In this document: positions 59,164 to 64,000 of the stretch, piece by piece
Numbering within the stretch: position 1 is the first letter of the stretch
How the letters are laid out: each line of letters opens with the position of its first letter
Origin: Candidatus Chisholmbacteria bacterium
GTDB taxonomy: Bacteria > Patescibacteriota > Microgenomatia > UBA1400 > Chisholmbacteraceae
DNA length: 64,000 nt
Reading direction: 5' to 3'
Assembly (NCBI GenBank): GCA_963704905.1
Contig: CAVPHZ010000001.1
Span: 579,438 to 643,437 of the forward strand
Position numbers and translations under genes: made by a program
Notes under the pieces: generated by a model
Databases searched by the model: none
The model's input: only the letters and a program-made list of their open reading frames with translations
Told to the model about the DNA's origin: nothing

Positions 59164-60183
59164 ACCGCTCTTTACCTCAGGTATCTGCGATTATTGTCAC
59201 CTACAATAATAAGAGGTGGCTTATGAAATGTATTCCCTCTCTTCTTAAACAGACGTATGGAAATCTTGAGGTCATTGTTGTTGACAATGCTTCCGTTGAT
59301 GGTGCGAGTGCTTTGGTTAAAGAGCACTTTCCTGAGGTGAAAGTAGTCATTGTTGATGAGAATCGCGGTTTTGGTTCCGGTTGTAATGCAGGTGCTCAAG
59401 ATGCTCGAGGGAGGTATCTTCTCTTTTGTAATGAAGATATGGTTTTTGATAAGAACTACGTCAAGACTCTGGTAAGGGAGCTTGAGATTGATCCTCTCAT
59501 TGGAGTTGCGACAAGGAACAACGCATGCTTACACCGAATCCAAAACAGGGATAGAGAATCAGAGGACTATTCAGTCACGGGGACTACTGTTTAATTACAC
59601 AGGAGTTTTGGTTGGAAGTGGACAGAAAGTGGAAAATCAGGAAAATGATGGCGATATTTTTGCTGCAACTGTACCATTTATTATAAGAAAGATTACTTAT
59701 GATCGGGTTAAGGGATTTGATGAAGACTTCTTTCTATATTTTGAAGAAGTTGATCTTTGTTGGAGGGTTTGGTTAGCTGGAAAGCGTGTGACTTTTGTTC
59801 CCCAGGCAAAAGCTATGCATGTCGGTGGAGTATCTACCGGTAAGCTTTCTTCCTCGAGTGTAGTTGAATTTACACTGCGTAATAGACTTCAATCGTATCT
59901 TATTAATCTTGGAGCACTTCGTCTACCTATCGCTTTACTTATGCAACTGCTAATGGGAGCGCTGGCTGTGGTTATCCTTCTACTTCGAACTAAAATCACT
60001 CTTTCATTTGCAGTGGCGCGAGCGTTTGCATGGAACTTATGGCACTTACCTCGTAGTCTTAGCAAGCGAACTCAGGTACAAAAGAGCCGATTGGTTGAAG
60101 ACCGTGATTTTCTATTGCGAGTGACGGGTCCGATTCCGCTAAACAAGCTTCTTTTTCTTGTCGGGTTTCGTACGAGTCTGTGA
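59160..60183 (+). CDS. Glycosyltransferase family 2 (rhamnosyltransferase-like), split by one frameshift
   Basis: 5' part has SAIIVTYN, VVDNASVDG, NRGFGSGCN, CNED; 3' part has GFDEDFFLYFEEVDLCWR. Removing the extra A at 59511 joins them (IGVAQGTT). Start overlaps the upstream stop (ATGA). Confidence 0.85.
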
Positions 60184-60266
60184 GTTTGGAGATAATTGGA
60201 AAATGTTTTTTGTTTCGTTTCCAGGCTAGGATGAGTATTAATGGACCGATATCAATCCCCAATGAT

Positions 60267-61196
60267 CTACTTTGATCTATTCATTTCTCTCTTGAGGAAA
60301 TATGTTAATCCTTGTTCAATGGTGACCCGCGAATTCCAATGAAGCATGGTTCTTGCTTTTAGAGTGTCAGCGGATTTGAAGCGTTCTTCCCATTGCGCGC
60401 GCGGATTGGGGATGACGTGTTTTGTTTTGCCGCCGATGATATCTGCAAGCTGATTGATGCTGGTTGGATGTCCACTGCCGATGTTGATGATTTCACCTTT
60501 GAAGTTTTTCTTCCTTTTTACCGCGAGTATTGAGGCTGTGATTACATCTGTAACGTGGGTAAAGTCGCGGGTTTGTTTTCCATCACCGTAGATGGTGAGC
60601 GGATGTCCTTGCTTTTTTTGTTCAAGAAAAATAGGAATGACGAGTTTATATGCTCCAGTAGTGGGCATCCTCGGTCCATAGACGTTAAAGTAACGGAGGA
60701 TGACTGTATCAATCAGATACATTTTCCCAAGTACTTGGACGTAGATCTCTGACATGCGCTTTTGTGCTGCATAGGGTGATTCTGGTTTGCACGGATGGCT
60801 TTCTTTAACAGGGAGATCTTGATTATTAATTTTTCCATACACTGAGGAGGAAGAACTGTATACAAATCTTTTTATCCCTGCATCTGACGTTGCTTTGAGG
60901 ACATTGACTGTTGCTGTCACGTTGGCGTCGTGAGTTTTCTTGGGATGATCGAAGGAGCGCTCGATTCTTGGTAATGCGGCCAGATGAAAGACGCTATCTG
61001 CTTTGGGAAACTTGACTGGGTCGATTAAATCAGTCTTGACGAATTTTGCCTTGGGATTTAGATTTTCTTTTTTTCCGGTGGAGAGATTGTCGTAAATAAT
61101 CACACTATGGCCGAGGTTGATTAGCGTATCAACTAGGTGACTGCCAATGAAGCCTGCACCTCCGGTAACGATGATTGTTTGCTTAGGTTTGCTCAT
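60267..61196 (-). CDS. NAD-dependent epimerase/dehydratase (extended SDR, UDP-hexose/HexNAc 4-epimerase-like)
   Basis: TGGAGFIGSHL, HLAA, YSSSSSVYG, SPYAAQK (YxxxK), LRYFNVYGP, GDGKQTRDFTHV. Confidence 0.92.
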   Translation of the reverse strand: MSKPKQTIIVTGGAGFIGSHLVDTLINLGHSVIIYDNLSTGKKENLNPKAKFVKTDLIDPVKFPKADSVFHLAALPRIERSFDHPKKTHDANVTATVNVLKATSDAGIKRFVYSSSSSVYGKINNQDLPVKESHPCKPESPYAAQKRMSEIYVQVLGKMYLIDTVILRYFNVYGPRMPTTGAYKLVIPIFLEQKKQGHPLTIYGDGKQTRDFTHVTDVITASILAVKRKKNFKGEIINIGSGHPTSINQLADIIGGKTKHVIPNPRAQWEERFKSADTLKARTMLHWNSRVTIEQGLTYFLKREMNRSK

Positions 61197-61632
61197 ATTT
61201 TATTTGTTCCTTCTTTGTTTAGGAAAACAAGGAACCAAGAAAGCCTAACCCAATGACCGGTCTTTCAAGAGAGCATTTCGCTCAAGTTATACGATCTAAT
61301 TCCTCGGTATAAACCCTCGTCGAACAGGCGATCGTTTCATATCGATTTCGTTACATGTTCTCTTTATTAGTTGCGGTCAGAGGGTGTAATTCAGTACTTA
61401 ATTTCAATAACCAATTCTGATTTTGAAGTATAGCTTATCAAGGGAGGAGAGGCAATTTTTTTGATTTTTTTTCTGCTTGGTTCTTGAATAGCTGTGCTGG
61501 AATATTTAAGTCTGCTTATTTGTCACAGACGTATTACTTGGTGTAGTTGGTGTGTTAATATGATGATCATGACTAGCACTTCAGGTGGGTATCTATGATT
61601 AATAGTCACGTTTTTATTGAGTACTAACTTTT

Positions 61633-62862
61633 ATGAATGGAACTGAGCATAAAACCCTCAGCGTAAGGGCAGGTAGTCGAAAAAAAGTAGGTATTGTGCG
61701 TGGTCCTGGGTTGTCGAAGTGGGAAATGCGGATTTATGAACCTTTGGAGGAGTGGTTTGATCTGACTGGGATAGGGAGTACGAGACCCGGGAATGATGTT
61801 TCTGGGATAACGTTTCCAGTGAAGAAGCTTATTTGTCCAGCTCAATATTTCTATTGGCTACCAAAACTGATTCCGATTCTGTACAGCACTGCTGGAGACA
61901 CGCAGTGGCTTCTCAATTTCTCTCAAGCAGTTCAGGGTATGAGACTTCTGCATGCTGTTGAATTACGAAATGGCTATAGCTTGCAAGCGGTGAGGGCGAA
62001 GCAGGCGGGACTCGTTGAGGCTGTAACGCTTACAGTGTATGAGAATATTCCTTTTACTGGGGATGGCTACCCACGGCGAAAACGAATCAAGGAAGAGGTT
62101 CTAGCAGGTGTTGATCACTTTCTAGCAGCCAATGAAATGGCTCGGCAGGCGTTGTTGTTAGAGGGAGCCTCTGATGAGCGAATCTCAGTTGTATCACAGA
62201 GTGTAGATACACATCGTTTTACTCCAATTCATACCTCAAAAACTCAACATCAGAAGTTTAGAAAACAATTGGGAATTGGAAATAATGATTATGTTGTACT
62301 TTCGATTGGGAGGATGGTTTGGGAGAAAGGGTGGGAGGATCTCCTGGCTGCTGCCAGGAGAATTTTCAATGTCCAAGGTTCAATGATCAAGAAGAGGAAT
62401 GTACGGTTTTTGTGTGTTGGGGAAGGTCCGACGCTTGGGAGGTACAGAGAATTGGTTGTGCAATTAGGTCTTGAAAAGTCGGTACTCTTTCCTGGTGGGA
62501 TTGCGTATCGTGATATGCCTGATATTTTTCGGTTGGCTGATGTGTTTGTCTATGCTAGCTTACCTACGTCAGTTTGGAATGCGCAATTTGGAGGTGTACT
62601 CATTGAGGCAATGGCGACTGGACTTCCGATTGTAGGTACTCTCTCTGGTGGAACACGGGATGATACGGTTGGTCGAGATGGAGGGATTTTTGTTCAACCG
62701 CAGCATTTTTCAAGACTGGCGGATGCGATTTTAAAGTTATACAGAGAACCGGGACTGGGAAAAAACATTGGGAGGAGAAATCGGTCTGTTGCCACTCGAC
62801 AATATGATACTCTAGTGGTGGCTGGGCAGATTAAACATATTTGGGAAAAAGTCATGAGTTAA
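61633..62862 (+). CDS. Glycosyltransferase family 4 (GT-B)
   Basis: SIGRMVWEKGW, CVGEGP, ADVFVYAS, FGGVLIEAMATGLPIVGT. Confidence 0.9.
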   Translation: MNGTEHKTLSVRAGSRKKVGIVRGPGLSKWEMRIYEPLEEWFDLTGIGSTRPGNDVSGITFPVKKLICPAQYFYWLPKLIPILYSTAGDTQWLLNFSQAVQGMRLLHAVELRNGYSLQAVRAKQAGLVEAVTLTVYENIPFTGDGYPRRKRIKEEVLAGVDHFLAANEMARQALLLEGASDERISVVSQSVDTHRFTPIHTSKTQHQKFRKQLGIGNNDYVVLSIGRMVWEKGWEDLLAAARRIFNVQGSMIKKRNVRFLCVGEGPTLGRYRELVVQLGLEKSVLFPGGIAYRDMPDIFRLADVFVYASLPTSVWNAQFGGVLIEAMATGLPIVGTLSGGTRDDTVGRDGGIFVQPQHFSRLADAILKLYREPGLGKNIGRRNRSVATRQYDTLVVAGQIKHIWEKVMS

Positions 62863-62870
62863 AAAATATT

Positions 62871-64000
62871 ATGGCAAATCATAATCTTAGAAGTACTAGC
62901 GTCTATCCGGTTATACCTCATGCTTTTGAAGTGCTTGTGAAGAAGCGAGCGGTTAGCGGAGTGTTTGTATTGGGTTTGAGGAGGATAGTCTTTCAGCTTA
63001 TTCTTACAGGGGGAAACATTGTTTTAGCGAGATTGTTTTTTCCTGAGATTATCGGACAGTTTACCATTATCAGTTTTATTGTGACTTTTTTTAGTGTCTC
63101 AACAGATTTGGGTTTGGGTCAGGCTTTAGTGCAAAAGTCGAGTAGACCAACGCTTACAGAGTTGCGGACAGTATTTACGGTTCATCTTTTATTAGGGATT
63201 TTTTCGTTTTCTGCTGCTTATCTTTCAGCTCCCTTCATTGCTGCTTTTTATCACGAACAACTGGGTGACCAGGGAGCTTTTCTTATCCGCTTCATGGCTG
63301 TGAGCTTGCTGTTTTATGGTTTACGGAGAGTGTCTTCGTTTATTCTTGAGAGAGAGTTGCGGTTTATGCGCTTCAGTATTGGAGAAATTCTTGAGATAGT
63401 AACTATTCAAGGAATGACAATTTTCTTTGCTCTCTCAGGTTATGGCTTAGAAAGTTTTGTTTTTGGGGCTGTTATTGGACGCATCGTTGGGTTTATTGCT
63501 TTTTTTCTTCTTTCTCCTTGGTCAATCGGATTTTCTTTTTCTGTGAAGCGATTACGAAGGTTGCTCGAGTTTGGTGTGCCAATGCAGATCAATATTCTGA
63601 TAGGTTTAGTTAATGGCGCATTAGCACCTCTGTTTATTGGAAAATTTCCTGGCCCAGGTGGATATTCTGGTACTGAAGCTGTTGGTTTGATTTCGTGGGC
63701 TGGTGGACTGGCTCTTGCAAGTCAAGCAGTTTCTGAATTAGTACAGCGGATTATTTTTCCTGCCGTATCGCGACTTCAGGAAGAGCCTCGTTTGCTCGCT
63801 CCGATCATCGAGCGCGGGTTGCTCCTGGCAAGCTTTCTTTCTTTTCCAATGATGGCCTTGATTGCAGGTTTGGCTAGACCGATCACTTATCTGATTTACT
63901 CAGATAAGTGGTTGCCGGGACTGCTTGTGTTGTATCTTCTTCTTGTTCATTCTGCGGTGATGGTTCTTTGGACTGTGCTTATGCCAGTGTTTTTAGGACT
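62871..64000 (+). CDS. Wzx-type oligosaccharide flippase (WzxC-like); 3' end outside the window
   Basis: Absent from the ORF track because no stop falls in the window. Reads MANHNLRS...KKRAVSG...VLARLFFPEIIGQF...TDLGLGQALVQK, and further on IIFPAVSRLQ...YSDKWLPG; multi-TM MOP-family pattern. Confidence 0.85.
   Translation, partial: MANHNLRSTSVYPVIPHAFEVLVKKRAVSGVFVLGLRRIVFQLILTGGNIVLARLFFPEIIGQFTIISFIVTFFSVSTDLGLGQALVQKSSRPTLTELRTVFTVHLLLGIFSFSAAYLSAPFIAAFYHEQLGDQGAFLIRFMAVSLLFYGLRRVSSFILERELRFMRFSIGEILEIVTIQGMTIFFALSGYGLESFVFGAVIGRIVGFIAFFLLSPWSIGFSFSVKRLRRLLEFGVPMQINILIGLVNGALAPLFIGKFPGPGGYSGTEAVGLISWAGGLALASQAVSELVQRIIFPAVSRLQEEPRLLAPIIERGLLLASFLSFPMMALIAGLARPITYLIYSDKWLPGLLVLYLLLVHSAVMVLWTVLMPVFLG

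Noticed and set aside
1-64000. CRISPR array, diversity-generating retroelement or prophage as explanation for the repeats
   Set aside because: No short repeat-spacer array, no reverse transcriptase, repeat mismatches are not adenine-specific, and no capsid, terminase or integrase genes are present.

Overview
Surface and glycan locus, most likely from a Patescibacteria (CPR) genome. That assignment is inferred from gene style (giant secreted proteins, LytR_C protein, membrane-anchored HTH, leaderless starts) and is not proven. About 73% of the window is two giant + strand genes. (1) A repetitive, acidic fibre-like gene of more than 7,100 codons that starts before the window, ends at 21459 and is broken by several single-base indels; it ends in a Gly-rich domain and a peptidase-G2-like intramolecular-chaperone domain. 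(2) An intact 8,492-aa ORF fusing duplicated IS481/IS3-like helix-turn-helix modules, a membrane-embedded cellulose-synthase-like GT2 (D,D,D,QxxRW), a roughly 7,250-aa repetitive ectodomain and a C-terminal IPEQ-TM-basic tail. The gene directly after it is an exosortase/archaeosortase-family protein. Downstream lie a sortase with a small acidic LGDTG substrate, three paralogous GT-C-like membrane proteins, a membrane-tethered MerR/excisionase HTH protein, a frameshifted GT2, an NAD-dependent epimerase, a GT4 and a Wzx flippase that runs off the window. No rRNA, tRNA, CRISPR array or intact mobile element was seen. The best novel-system candidate is the HTH-GT2-giant ectodomain-exosortase module.
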